A stretch of DNA of 52,275 bases from a virus (IMGVR_UViG_3300032893_000067:1-52275); one strand, 5' to 3'; counted from the first letter of the stretch, positions 25,014-35,680 are shown. Notes: generated by a model not told the origin, from the letters alone. Numbers and translations: made by a program.

Positions 25014-27122
25014 ATGGCCGGACATACATATTCAATGGAAACACAGTTTAGAAATCCAGATGAAAAATACTTTGCATCTAAACCAGCAAATGATTGTGCA
25101 TCGATTCTTCTAGACAAGTCAATGACATTCTATAATGTATTAAGATCTAATGCATATTTAGATAAACTTGCTAGTATGTGGCGTGCTTATTATGGTGCTT
25201 ATAGTAATGACTATGTAAGTTTTAACCATAAAATCAATTTTACTGGAGAACAAGGTGAATTAGTTCAACTTCCTGTCAATCATTTTAGAAATCTTGCACA
25301 ACATATCTATGTAATGATCACTTCTAATAGATTATCTTTAGATTGCCGCGCTGTCAATAGTGATTATAAGTCCTATGCTCAAACAATTCTTGCAAATGGT
25401 ATCCTAGAATATTACATGCGAGAAAAGAAACTTGAAGATGCTATTAAAAAAGCAACAGAGATGTCAATTGTTCTTGGTTCTAGCTTTGTTAAGCTTGCTT
25501 GGAATGCAACTGCTGGTGATATTTATGAAATTGATCCAGATACAAATGAGCCAATTAGAGATGGTGAATTAGAATTTAGTGTTCTTAGCCCATTTGATAT
25601 TGTTATTGATGGAACAAAAGAAAACTGGGACCCCGAATGGGTTTTAGCTCGTACATTTAAGAATCGCTATGACCTCATGGCTAAATATCCAGAACTTGCT
25701 GATAAAATTCATTCACTTCCACCTAAAACAGAGACAACTGTATATCGTTTGGCTATGTGGTCTAATGATAGTACTGATGATATCCCTGTTTATGAATTTT
25801 TCCATAAACAATCTGAGGCACTTCCCGAAGGCCGCTACATGTTATTCTTAAGTGCAGATTGTACATTGCTTGATACAAAGATGCCTTATAGACAAATACC
25901 TGTTTTTAGAATTGCACCAAATGATATTCTTGGAACACCATATGGATATACTCCAATGTTTGATATTTTCCCAATCCAAGAAGCAATCAATGCAAGTTAT
26001 AGCGCAATTATGACTAACCAAAATGCATTCGCTGTTCAAAATATCTTCGTACCTCGTGGTGCAGATATTACTTTTAATAATCTTGAAGGTGCATTGAATA
26101 TTGTTGAAGCTAATGCTAAACCAGAAGCACTTAATCTTACTCAAACACCTGCCGAAGTTTTTAAATATCTAGAAGAATTGATTCAGGCGGCAGAGACAAT
26201 CTCTGGAGTTAATAGTGTTGCTCGTGGTAATCCAGAAGCTTCACTAAAGTCTGGAACTGCTCTTGCTCTTGTTCAATCACAAGCATTACAGTTTATTTCT
26301 GGTCTACAACAAAGCTATGTTAAGATCAATGAAGATGTTGGAACAGCAGTTATTGAGATTCTCAAAGACTTTTCAACAAGTCCTAAGCTTATTACACTTG
26401 TTGGTAAGAATCGTAGAACATTATTAAAAGAATTTACTGGTGATAAGATCTCTGAAATTAAGAGAGTTATTGCAGATGTCGGTAATCCATTAGCAAGAAC
26501 CATTGCAGGTCGTGTTCAAATGGCTGAACAAATGATGCAGATGAAGATTATTTCTAATCCTCAACAATACTTCCAAGTTATTGAAACAGGGCGCATTGAA
26601 AATATGTATGAAGGAGAAATGGATGAACTTCTTTTAATTAAACGAGAGAATGAAGAACTTCTTGAAGCCGAGAATCCAATTGTTTCTCCATTAGATAAAC
26701 ACAGTATTCATATTAAAGAACATACAGTTGTTCTAGCAGATCCCGAATTAAGAAAAGATCCTACTCTTGTTAAGATTGTTATGGACCATATTGAAGCTCA
26801 TGTTAATGCTTTAAGAAATACCGATCCATCTCTATTACAGATGATCGGAGAAACTCCACTTCCTCCAATTCAACCAACTAATCAAAATCCTCCCGGTGGA
26901 CAGCCTAATCAACCACCTCCTCAACAACCACCTATGGGAGCACTACAGGGATCTCCTGCTGCACCAATGATGTCACCAATGGCGGGACAAACAGTAGCAC
27001 AAGCACAGGGAATGCAAGGCCCTGGAATTCAGAATGTTAATCCTGCACAACCGGCACAAGTACCTGCTGGTCTTTTAGCAAATCCTGGATTACAACAGGC
27101 AGCGATGGGCAATGTTAAGTAA
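25014..27122 (+). CDS. portal protein
   Basis: 702 aa after terL; ETISGVNSVARG...SGTALA; Pro/Gln-rich tail as in podovirus-type portals. Confidence 0.85.
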   Translation: MAGHTYSMETQFRNPDEKYFASKPANDCASILLDKSMTFYNVLRSNAYLDKLASMWRAYYGAYSNDYVSFNHKINFTGEQGELVQLPVNHFRNLAQHIYVMITSNRLSLDCRAVNSDYKSYAQTILANGILEYYMREKKLEDAIKKATEMSIVLGSSFVKLAWNATAGDIYEIDPDTNEPIRDGELEFSVLSPFDIVIDGTKENWDPEWVLARTFKNRYDLMAKYPELADKIHSLPPKTETTVYRLAMWSNDSTDDIPVYEFFHKQSEALPEGRYMLFLSADCTLLDTKMPYRQIPVFRIAPNDILGTPYGYTPMFDIFPIQEAINASYSAIMTNQNAFAVQNIFVPRGADITFNNLEGALNIVEANAKPEALNLTQTPAEVFKYLEELIQAAETISGVNSVARGNPEASLKSGTALALVQSQALQFISGLQQSYVKINEDVGTAVIEILKDFSTSPKLITLVGKNRRTLLKEFTGDKISEIKRVIADVGNPLARTIAGRVQMAEQMMQMKIISNPQQYFQVIETGRIENMYEGEMDELLLIKRENEELLEAENPIVSPLDKHSIHIKEHTVVLADPELRKDPTLVKIVMDHIEAHVNALRNTDPSLLQMIGETPLPPIQPTNQNPPGGQPNQPPPQQPPMGALQGSPAAPMMSPMAGQTVAQAQGMQGPGIQNVNPAQPAQVPAGLLANPGLQQAAMGNVK

Positions 27123-27955
27123 TGGCGACTAATTTAGACTTCTCACAAGTATTACAAAGAGCCTTTGATGAATCTACTGATAGATTGAAAGTAGATACAC
27201 AAGCAACAATTAATGTTGAAGGCGGTATTGTAGAAGTTGCAGTTGATCAAACTACAGATTCTATTAAAATTGGTGATGGAACTAATTTAGTCGGTACTAC
27301 AAATGATTCTGGAACACGAGGATTTAATTCTCATTTAACAAATACATCTTTACCATTGCCTACTGGAGCTTCTACATCTGCTTTACAGACTACTGGAAAT
27401 TCTTTATTATCTTCAATAGATAGTAAAATTCCTGCAAATTTAACAGTTGAAAATAATCGTTTATTAGTAGACCCAGATTTTGATGTTATGTGGTTTGTAG
27501 TTCCATTATTAAATAGTGGTTCTAAAAATATGAATGTTGATGGGTCCTCTACCCCTGTTAATTTTTCTTTTAGTCCGAGTAGTGGAAAAGTTTATGTTAA
27601 AGAAGTTAGCTTTTTTATAGCTGATAGTGGAACAACTTCACCTAATAAATTTGGTAAAGTAGCTGCCCTTACTAATGGTGTTCAATTACAAATACAATCT
27701 AAAGGAATTATTTATAATGTAGCTAATATTAAAGATAATTCTGATATAATTAACACATTTGCAGATGATCCATTAATTCCATCAGCTTCTGCTGGTTTTT
27801 TAGATACAAATGATGCATATAGTGGAAATTTAATATACGATCGTTCTATTGTATTAGATAATGCTACATCTGACTATATTCAATTTATTATACAAGATGA
27901 TGTATCTGGTATAGATTTTTTACAAGCCAATATTAAATATAGGATAAATACATAA
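27122..27955 (+). CDS. virion structural protein
   Basis: LDFSQVLQRAFD N-terminus, LPLPTGAST motif, beta-rich C-domain. Confidence 0.6.
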   Translation: MATNLDFSQVLQRAFDESTDRLKVDTQATINVEGGIVEVAVDQTTDSIKIGDGTNLVGTTNDSGTRGFNSHLTNTSLPLPTGASTSALQTTGNSLLSSIDSKIPANLTVENNRLLVDPDFDVMWFVVPLLNSGSKNMNVDGSSTPVNFSFSPSSGKVYVKEVSFFIADSGTTSPNKFGKVAALTNGVQLQIQSKGIIYNVANIKDNSDIINTFADDPLIPSASAGFLDTNDAYSGNLIYDRSIVLDNATSDYIQFIIQDDVSGIDFLQANIKYRINT

Positions 27956-28101
27956 TGGCTCATTTAGTTGTAAGAAAACCAGGTGAGAATAAACTAACAA
28001 AAGTAAGATCTCTTAAGAGACATAAACTATATTTAACAATATCAATAATTTTCAATATTTTACAGTTATATCTTATAGTTAGAAACTACAAATTGTTTTA
28101 A
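27955..28101 (+). CDS. small membrane protein (not in track)
   Basis: 48 aa MAHLVVRKPG...YLTISIIFNILQLYLIV; TAATG coupling. Confidence 0.55.
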   Translation: MAHLVVRKPGENKLTKVRSLKRHKLYLTISIIFNILQLYLIVRNYKLF

Positions 28102-28107
28102 CAACTA
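28098..28107 (+). promoter_or_regulatory. putative late promoter box
   Basis: TTAACAACTATAATA. Confidence 0.7.
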
Positions 28108-28125
28108 TAATATGAGGATAATAAG

Positions 28126-28482
28126 ATGGCAAATGATCTACCAATACACTTAAGAAAAGTCACATTATTTTCGGCACTTCCTATCTCAACATCTCCCGGT
28201 CTTTATCATTCAAGTCAACAAGATGTAGAAGATACAATAAGTTACGCCGTTCAAGTTTCTTGGTCAAATGGGGCCATATTAGATGGTCAAATATATTTAG
28301 AAGCTTCAAATGATGGTTCTAATTGGGTTCAAATTCAACAAAGCTTACTTTCTATAGCCAATGCTTCTGGAAGTCATATGATTAATGTTGAAAAACCTGC
28401 TTATTCATTTTTTCGTTTATCTGTTTCTGTATTTGCCGGAACAGCTACAATTGATGCTTTATTTAACGCAAAAAGGCAATAA
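28126..28482 (+). CDS. small beta-sandwich virion protein
   Basis: LEASNDGSNW...YSFFRL. Confidence 0.6.
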   Translation: MANDLPIHLRKVTLFSALPISTSPGLYHSSQQDVEDTISYAVQVSWSNGAILDGQIYLEASNDGSNWVQIQQSLLSIANASGSHMINVEKPAYSFFRLSVSVFAGTATIDALFNAKRQ

Positions 28483-28485
28483 ATC

Positions 28486-30075
28486 ATGTCTTTTATAAAT
28501 ATTCCTGATGCGATAAGTCCTTTTCAAACCTGGCAAGACCCAGTATTAACATTTGCTGATTTACCATTAGTAGGTAATACAATTGGCGATGCAAGAATTA
28601 CTCAAGATACAGCATTCGTTTATGTTTGGAATGGAACATCGTGGGTTCCTAGAGGTACAACTGGTAGTGGTACCGTAGTAGGTCCCTCATCTTCTGTATT
28701 TGGTGAAATTGCAATATATGAAGATACATCTGGACAAAATATTGGTCGTTCATCTGGAACAGGTGTTGCACATTTAACTTCTGGTGTATTATCAGTTTCT
28801 AATGTAGTTCTAACTTCTGAAGTTTCTGGTATACTTCCAATAGCTAATGGCGGTACTAATAGTTCTACTGCTCTAAATAATAAACGTATAATGGTTAGTC
28901 TTGGCGGATCTATTGTAGAAGCCGCTGCATTGACTAATGGCCAATTATTAATTGGTTCGACTGGTAATTCTCCAGTTGCTGCAAATATTTCTGGAACAGC
29001 CAATCAAGTTAGTGTTGCAAATGGTGCCGGAACAATTACATTATCTACCCCTCAAGATATAGCACCTGCTTCTAGTCCAACATTTAATTCATTAACACTT
29101 ACAAATCCCCTTACAGTTCCAAATGGTGGAACTGGAGCAATATCCTGGACCTCAAATGGTATTCTATATGGCAATGGATCTTCGACATTACAAATAACTG
29201 CTGCCGGATTAGCAAATCAAGTATTTAGAGTTCCAAATGCGGGAAATCCACCAGCCTTTGGATCTATCGATTTATCTCAACTTGCAACAGTTGGGGCTTC
29301 TATTTTAGGTGTAGCAAATGGTGGAACAGGACTTTCTAGTTTAGGAACAGCTAATCAATTTTTAAGAGTTAATAATGCTGGTACTGCAAATATTTATGTT
29401 AGTCTTTTAGGTACTACAAATCAAATTACAGTAACAGAGAATGCTACCGATGCTACTCTTTCATTACCTCAAGATATTGCAACAACTTCAAGTCCTACTT
29501 TTGCCGCATTAAATACAACAGGAACTGCTGGTAGTGGATATTTGAGCGTTGTAAATCAGTTATCTGCACCATCTACTCCTGGTTCTGGATTTAGATTATA
29601 TGCAGATAGTTCTAATAGATTTTCATGGAAAGGTACAAATGGCTTTGTAAGAACATTTGATGGGACGGCCAATACTGCAGACAGGGCATACACACTTCCT
29701 AATTTTTCAGGAACATTTATATTAGATCAAGGACAGCAATCAATAAATGGCGGAAAAACTTTTGTTCCAGTTGCTTTAGTTGATGCGGCTAATATAGCAA
29801 CAGATGCCTCATTGGGTAATATTTTTACAGTTACATTGGGTGGAAATAGAAATCTTTCAGCACCCACAAATCCAACAAATGGTCAAAAAGTTGTATGGAT
29901 TTTTAAACAAGATGCAACTGGTAATAGAACATTAACATTTGACGCTGTTTTTAATTTTGGCGTATTTCCAACTTTATCATTATCAAGTGGAGCTAATAAA
30001 AAAGATTACATGGGTGCTATATATAATTCTGGAACAACTACCTGGGATGTTGTTGCATATAGTGTAGGATTTTAA
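28486..30075 (+). CDS. fibre-like virion protein
   Basis: Repeated LPIANGGT/VANGGTG, LSLPQDIA; C-terminal TLGGNR...QDATGNRTL domain. Confidence 0.75.
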   Translation: MSFINIPDAISPFQTWQDPVLTFADLPLVGNTIGDARITQDTAFVYVWNGTSWVPRGTTGSGTVVGPSSSVFGEIAIYEDTSGQNIGRSSGTGVAHLTSGVLSVSNVVLTSEVSGILPIANGGTNSSTALNNKRIMVSLGGSIVEAAALTNGQLLIGSTGNSPVAANISGTANQVSVANGAGTITLSTPQDIAPASSPTFNSLTLTNPLTVPNGGTGAISWTSNGILYGNGSSTLQITAAGLANQVFRVPNAGNPPAFGSIDLSQLATVGASILGVANGGTGLSSLGTANQFLRVNNAGTANIYVSLLGTTNQITVTENATDATLSLPQDIATTSSPTFAALNTTGTAGSGYLSVVNQLSAPSTPGSGFRLYADSSNRFSWKGTNGFVRTFDGTANTADRAYTLPNFSGTFILDQGQQSINGGKTFVPVALVDAANIATDASLGNIFTVTLGGNRNLSAPTNPTNGQKVVWIFKQDATGNRTLTFDAVFNFGVFPTLSLSSGANKKDYMGAIYNSGTTTWDVVAYSVGF

Positions 30076-30294
30076 ATGGCTTATACTTATACATACATTA
30101 ATGAATTAAACCAATTTGGCTATACTTCATATACTTTAGTTCTTACTGATTCTGATGGTATTATGCCAGAAATTAGAAACGATAAATATTTTTCACAAAG
30201 TAAATTTCCAAATTTAAATCAGAGTGATTTAGATAGTGAAGCTCAAAAAGATATTAATTATTATACTCAAGTTTATTTGGACGAAAATTCTTAA
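30076..30294 (+). CDS. hypothetical (fibre accessory) protein
   Basis: Abuts fibre gene. Confidence 0.6.
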   Translation: MAYTYTYINELNQFGYTSYTLVLTDSDGIMPEIRNDKYFSQSKFPNLNQSDLDSEAQKDINYYTQVYLDENS

Positions 30295-30310
30295 AAATAA
30301 GGAGATAGAA

Positions 30311-30673
30311 ATGGCCCAAACACTAAGTGGATTAGCAGAGCAAGCAAAAAGTAAGCTAACAGATGCCTTTAATCAAGATCCAAAAGCCGATAAAGCAGTA
30401 ATGGTTGGTAATATTTTAAGTGATCTTTCTCCAACTGATGTATCCTCAATTCTTCAACTAGCATCTTTAAATCCTGAACTATTAGATCAACCAGTTATTG
30501 ATGCTATAAATAGTAATGTTCATATAATTATAAAAAATGCATTAACTGACCAATTAGCAGTATTACAAGCTGATTTAGATGCTAAACAAGCAGAAATTGA
30601 TGCACAACAAGCCGATTTAGATTCACAAAAATCAGATTTAAATGATTTAGGTCAAGCAATTAATGGTATTTAA
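30311..30673 (+). CDS. coiled-coil protein
   Basis: AAGGAG RBS before MAQTLS; QADLDAKQAEIDAQQADLDSQ heptads. Confidence 0.65.
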   Translation: MAQTLSGLAEQAKSKLTDAFNQDPKADKAVMVGNILSDLSPTDVSSILQLASLNPELLDQPVIDAINSNVHIIIKNALTDQLAVLQADLDAKQAEIDAQQADLDSQKSDLNDLGQAINGI

Positions 30674-30685
30674 TAGAGAAAATTA

Positions 30686-33163
30686 ATGGCAACATTATCA
30701 AATAATTCATCTGGAAATTTTACTGCCGCAGGTACTTGGAGTTTAATAGATGCAACTTCTCTGTTAAATTCTGAAACTAATAGTACGGCAACTACTGCCG
30801 CATTCGTTAGCAGTTCATCTTTTGTTCCTGGTGCAATTACTATAGATGGCATTGCTGTAAAATTATTATCAAGAAGTGCTGCACCTACTGGTACATTTTC
30901 TTGGAGACTGTTTGATGTTACAACGGCATCTGCTGTTGCTGGCACTACAACTACTATTAATGTGACTGATATTCCATCCGTTAATGGTTCAACAAATGTA
31001 GGCTGGGTATTTGGTAAATTTGCTGCTCCAGTTCTATTATCTGGTACAGATTCATATGCAGTTCAAGTAACTTCATCAACTGCTGGTCAAGTAACTGTTT
31101 ATAGGAATGCAACTGCAGGTAATTGGTCTAGATTTTTAAGAACAACTACAACTCAAGCTCCTGCTGCTGCAGATGAATTATATGTTTGTGGCGAATTTAC
31201 AGGTGCTGCTGCAAATAGTACATTTACAGTTACAATGAATAGCACAAGTGCTGCTACTGTATATGGTGCTATACAAATTTCTACAAAAGGTATATTAGAT
31301 TATGGAACTTCAGCGGCAACTAATTATAATTTAAAAATTGCCGGAAATATGAGCATATATACAGATGGAAAATTACAAATAGGTACATCTGGAACTCCTA
31401 TACCATCTACTAGTACAGCTATATTACAATTCTCAAATTCAGTTAACGTAGATTTTGGCACAGAAGCAAGAGTTGGTTCAACTTTTACTACTTTTGGTAA
31501 TGCAATAACAAATTCTGCTTTATTAGCTGCAGATGCGGCAGCGGCTGCAACTTCTTTAACAACAAATGTATCTACTGGATGGAAGAGTGGAGATGTCATT
31601 GCATTAGCATCTACTACACGTACTAGAACAGAGGCAGAAAGTAAGGCTCTTACTGCAGATGCAGTTGGTACAACTTTAACTATTACTGCTTTAACAAATG
31701 CTCATTCTGGCACAAGTCCTACACAAGCAGAACTTATAAATCTTACCCGCAATGTACAAATTTTTGGAACAAGTACAGCTCTTCAAACATATATAAATAT
31801 TGCTTCTACATCTATTGTTAGTTTAAATAATACTGAATTCTATAATATGGGATCAGCTACAGCAAATAAACGTGGTATTGATGTTGGAACAACTACAGGT
31901 TCATGTACAATAGATGGTTGTTCAATGCATGACTTTACTGTTACTAGTTCTTTAGGAATATTTGCTAATGCTGCGGCAGGAAATAATTATACATTTTCAA
32001 ATTGTGTATTATATGCAATAGCATCTAACGGAGTAACAATTTCTGCAACAACAGGAACTTCTTATACACTTAATAATATTATAGTAATTGCTGCGGGTCA
32101 AGCTGCTGCTGCTACAGGATTTAGTATATCAGATTTAACTGGAACATTTACAAATTTAACTGGTACTAGTTGTCAAGGATCTGGTATGTCTCTAGCAGAT
32201 AATAATGCTACAGCTACAGAAGTATTTGGTACAATTAATGGGTTGATCGGGCATTCAAATTCAACTAGTGGTATTATCCTTGCAAATATAACAGGTGTTA
32301 CTAATAATCCAATGGGAACATTTAGTAATTTAACATCTTGGAGAAATAATACAATAGGAATTAATGCATCCAATAGCTTTACGATAATAATTGATACAGT
32401 AACAGTTTTTGGTAATACATCTGCCAATATAACAATTGGTGCAACAGAATGTGATCAATTATATTTTAAAACCGTTACATCAAATGCCGGAACAACATTA
32501 ACATGTCCAATTGGAGTAAATATCACTTCAGATTGTCATGAAATATATTTTGATAATTCAACATTTGGTTCTACAACTACTCATTCAACTGGCGATGTTA
32601 ATATATCCTCAACTAACTTCTTTCCAAGATTAATCTTTAGAAATTGTACTCTCAGTTCAGCAACTCCAGTAGCAACTCCTGGTAATATGACTGAAGGTGG
32701 ATTTGTTAGACTTGCTAAGTTTCAACAAACTGCAGGAAATCATAAGACATTCTTTAAATATGGAACAGTTACATCAGATACTACTATATATAATAGTGGG
32801 CCAGTTAGTACAAGACTAACACCTAATAATTCTGCTGCAACTAATAAATTACAAAGTGCTGTTAAAAAAATAGCCGTTCCAAGTGGACAAACAGCAACAA
32901 TTAAATTATTTTTAAGAAAATCAGTTGCGGGTGATGGTTCTGCATATAATGGTAATCAACCTAGATTAATGTTAAAAGCAGATGCAGCAGCAGGGGTAAG
33001 TAGCGATACAGTATTGGCAACAGCAGATAATACATATGATGGAGTTTTTAAAGCATTGACTGCAACAACACCAGCAATTACAGATAATGCAGTATTTCAA
33101 GTTTATATAGATTGCGATGGAACTGTTGGATGGATTAATACTGATGACTGGAGTGTTTCATAA
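30686..33163 (+). CDS. beta-helix tailspike/adhesin-like protein
   Basis: Thr/Ser/Asn-rich parallel beta-helix repeats; TGWKSGDVIAL...NLTRNV G8-associated-like segment. Confidence 0.7.
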   Translation: MATLSNNSSGNFTAAGTWSLIDATSLLNSETNSTATTAAFVSSSSFVPGAITIDGIAVKLLSRSAAPTGTFSWRLFDVTTASAVAGTTTTINVTDIPSVNGSTNVGWVFGKFAAPVLLSGTDSYAVQVTSSTAGQVTVYRNATAGNWSRFLRTTTTQAPAAADELYVCGEFTGAAANSTFTVTMNSTSAATVYGAIQISTKGILDYGTSAATNYNLKIAGNMSIYTDGKLQIGTSGTPIPSTSTAILQFSNSVNVDFGTEARVGSTFTTFGNAITNSALLAADAAAAATSLTTNVSTGWKSGDVIALASTTRTRTEAESKALTADAVGTTLTITALTNAHSGTSPTQAELINLTRNVQIFGTSTALQTYINIASTSIVSLNNTEFYNMGSATANKRGIDVGTTTGSCTIDGCSMHDFTVTSSLGIFANAAAGNNYTFSNCVLYAIASNGVTISATTGTSYTLNNIIVIAAGQAAAATGFSISDLTGTFTNLTGTSCQGSGMSLADNNATATEVFGTINGLIGHSNSTSGIILANITGVTNNPMGTFSNLTSWRNNTIGINASNSFTIIIDTVTVFGNTSANITIGATECDQLYFKTVTSNAGTTLTCPIGVNITSDCHEIYFDNSTFGSTTTHSTGDVNISSTNFFPRLIFRNCTLSSATPVATPGNMTEGGFVRLAKFQQTAGNHKTFFKYGTVTSDTTIYNSGPVSTRLTPNNSAATNKLQSAVKKIAVPSGQTATIKLFLRKSVAGDGSAYNGNQPRLMLKADAAAGVSSDTVLATADNTYDGVFKALTATTPAITDNAVFQVYIDCDGTVGWINTDDWSVS

Positions 33164-33363
33164 TGGCTAGAATAGTGAGTGAAGAAGATTTAAAAAGATT
33201 TGAGGCATTAGAAAGAGCTGCTCATGAAGAACTTTTAGAAAAAAGAGTTACACGTTGTATAGCAATTATAGATCAATGTCATAAAATTTCTATTTGGCAT
33301 AAAATAAAAGAAAAATTATTTGGAAAATGTAAGATCTGTAAAGAACTTGAAGGATTAAGATAA
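33163..33363 (+). CDS. hypothetical protein
   Basis: TAATG coupling both ends. Confidence 0.6.
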   Translation: MARIVSEEDLKRFEALERAAHEELLEKRVTRCIAIIDQCHKISIWHKIKEKLFGKCKICKELEGLR

Positions 33364-33545
33364 TGCAGCAGCCAGTTAATACGGGCGATGAAACATATTG
33401 GTTAAATGGTCTCTCAGATGAGGGTCTAAGAAATTTTGTAACAAATCCAGGAAGAGAAAAATATTGGTTTGAAGGGGTATCAGAAGAGAATTTATTCCTT
33501 CTTACAAATGCTGATACTGGTAAATTCTTTTTATTATTTGAGTGA
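33363..33545 (+). CDS. small protein with internal duplication
   Basis: NTGDETYWLNGLSDE / NPGREKYWFEGVSEE. Confidence 0.6.
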   Translation: MQQPVNTGDETYWLNGLSDEGLRNFVTNPGREKYWFEGVSEENLFLLTNADTGKFFLLFE

Positions 33546-33727
33546 TTATGAAACAAAGATTTTCTAAAATAAAAGAATTATTAAAGTGTATGCCTTATAC
33601 AGAGTTAATTGATGAACATGAAAGACTTGTTAAAGATTTAAAAGAACACGGCTCCAAAGAAGAATTAGAAGAACAGTCTAAAGAATTAGCTCAATATAAA
33701 AAAGAATTTAAAAGGCGCCAAAAATGA
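33542..33727 (+). CDS. small charged protein
   Basis: 61 aa, coupled. Confidence 0.6.
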   Translation: MIMKQRFSKIKELLKCMPYTELIDEHERLVKDLKEHGSKEELEEQSKELAQYKKEFKRRQK

Positions 33728-33939
33728 GCGCATCTAATACATTCAATTCATTAAAACCTGATTTAAAAGAAGCCTATTCAGATAATAAAAAGAAAAAAGA
33801 ACGTTTTAAACGAACAAAATCTCTTTTACAACCACCAGGTAAAGCAACTGCTGAACGCGATGCTTCAAAAAATCCAATGAAGTATCTAGAAGAACATAAA
33901 AATATGAATATAAAGGGCTTAAAAGGTATAGCCTTTTAA
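33724..33939 (+). CDS. small basic protein with capsid-N-arm-like start
   Basis: MSASNTFNSLKPDLKEAYSD. Confidence 0.6.
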   Translation: MSASNTFNSLKPDLKEAYSDNKKKKERFKRTKSLLQPPGKATAERDASKNPMKYLEEHKNMNIKGLKGIAF

Positions 33940-33941
33940 TA

Positions 33942-33951
33942 TTAACAACTA
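33942..33951 (+). promoter_or_regulatory. putative late promoter box
   Basis: TTAACAACTATTTA. Confidence 0.7.
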
Positions 33952-34018
33952 TTTATAGACGTATCCATGGTGGACCGTCTTACTTTCCTTATCATATGAC
34001 AGGAAAAGGAGTTATAAA

Positions 34019-35029
34019 ATGTCTGAACAAGTTACTAATGCCCAAACTGCCGTTTCTGATGCAGTAGAATCAATTCAACCCTCTCAAGAACAAACTCAGG
34101 ATACAACAGAACAAGCCGAAGGTCAAGAAGTTTCTTCTGCTGCTCCAGATCAAGCCAAAGCTCAATTAGAAGCCCTTGCTAAAGATCCTAAAGCCTCTAA
34201 AGCAGAGAAGAAAGCCGCTAAAAATCTTCTTAAAAAGCTTACTTTGAAGGTAGATGGCGAAGAATTTGAAGAGGAACTTCCCTTTGAAATCCCTAATGAT
34301 CCTAAAGCTATAGAATATATGAAGCGCGAGCTTCAATTAGCTAAAATGGGTCAAAAAAGGGCTCAAACTGCTGCTAATTTAGAGAGAGAAGTACTTCAAT
34401 TCGTTGAAGATTTAAGAAAGAACCCTCGTAAAGCTCTTTCAGATCCAGCAATTGGCTTGGATCTTAAGAAATTAGCTGCTCAAATCATTGAAGAAGAAAT
34501 TGAAAACTCTAAAAAATCTCCAGAACAGCTTAAAGCAGAGCAATTAGAAGCTGAACTTAAGGCTATGAAAGAAGACCGAGAAAGAGAAAAGCAAACTCGT
34601 GAACAACAAGAGTTTGAAAGGCTTAAAGAACAAGAATATGAGCGTATTGATATGCTTATGTCTCAAGCCCTTGAAAAGAGTGATCTTCCTAAGACTCCTG
34701 CTGTTGTTAGAAAAATGGCAGAATATATGTCAATTGGCCTACAAGCCGGTAAAGATGTATCTCCTGCAGATGTTCTACCAATTGTTCGAGAAGAAATCAT
34801 CAATGATTATCAACAGTTATTGAATTCTCTTCCCGATGAAGAAGTTGAAAAGTTCATTGGTAAAGATAGAATTAATAGTATTCGTAAGAAGAGTATTGCA
34901 AAGGCAAAACAAGCCGCTGCTAATCCAGCTTTAAAGGCACCTTCGAAGGCAACTGATACTGGTAAAGTAACAAAAGAACAAAAAGAAGCTGAGAAAAAGC
35001 AAAGTTTTAAAGATTACTTCAAATTTTAG
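34019..35029 (+). CDS. capsid scaffolding protein
   Basis: Acidic disordered N-terminus, LKVDGEEFE, long helical coiled coil, upstream of capsid genes. Confidence 0.8.
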   Translation: MSEQVTNAQTAVSDAVESIQPSQEQTQDTTEQAEGQEVSSAAPDQAKAQLEALAKDPKASKAEKKAAKNLLKKLTLKVDGEEFEEELPFEIPNDPKAIEYMKRELQLAKMGQKRAQTAANLEREVLQFVEDLRKNPRKALSDPAIGLDLKKLAAQIIEEEIENSKKSPEQLKAEQLEAELKAMKEDREREKQTREQQEFERLKEQEYERIDMLMSQALEKSDLPKTPAVVRKMAEYMSIGLQAGKDVSPADVLPIVREEIINDYQQLLNSLPDEEVEKFIGKDRINSIRKKSIAKAKQAAANPALKAPSKATDTGKVTKEQKEAEKKQSFKDYFKF

Positions 35030-35075
35030 AAGTAATTTCAATAGTTTAGTGTTTTAGCAATCAATTTTGATTGTT

Positions 35076-35085
35076 TTAACAACTA
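35076..35085 (+). promoter_or_regulatory. putative late promoter box
   Basis: TTAACAACTATATA. Confidence 0.7.
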
Positions 35086-35227
35086 TATAATAGAGATTAA
35101 ACAAACTGATAATCTCCTTAAGACTTCCTATAACCTGTAAGACAGAGTAGGAACATCAGCCGGAAGAAAGTTAGACTGTTTATGATCTGTTGAATAATTA
35201 AACTAATTATAAAAGGAGAATAGTAAA

Positions 35228-35680
35228 ATGTCAACTTATTACGCAAAAAGTTCTCTAGCAATGGATCGTCAACTTAAAGTCCAAAGGCTAGTGATCCCGC
35301 TCAAAGTCGTTCACAATGCGACACCCGCATCTGTATCACTTCAAAACGACGAGCCCAGCGTACTATTTTTGCAAAGCCAAGGTATTAACCAAATTGATGC
35401 ATCTGATGCAGCCCAATTTGCTAATACTAGCCCTTCTGATGCTTCAGGACAACTTAACCTTTTGGTTAACGTTGGAGAATCAGTAGCAAAAGTTATGCGA
35501 TGTGCCCTTCGTGGTCGATTTAGTGGAACCGATTATGCTGCTCATTTAGATACTGGTAGTACACAAGGTGTTTCTACTAATGGAAATATCATGTTATCAG
35601 TTTCTACTAGTGTGAACTTTAGTACAACCGATTTGGACGCTTGCCTCGATGTCGAATATAGCGTTTCCGATGGAAATTAA
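35228..35680 (+). CDS. capsid-associated (decoration/cement) protein candidate
   Basis: Between scaffold and MCP, strong RBS, codon usage like MCP. Confidence 0.55.
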   Translation: MSTYYAKSSLAMDRQLKVQRLVIPLKVVHNATPASVSLQNDEPSVLFLQSQGINQIDASDAAQFANTSPSDASGQLNLLVNVGESVAKVMRCALRGRFSGTDYAAHLDTGSTQGVSTNGNIMLSVSTSVNFSTTDLDACLDVEYSVSDGN

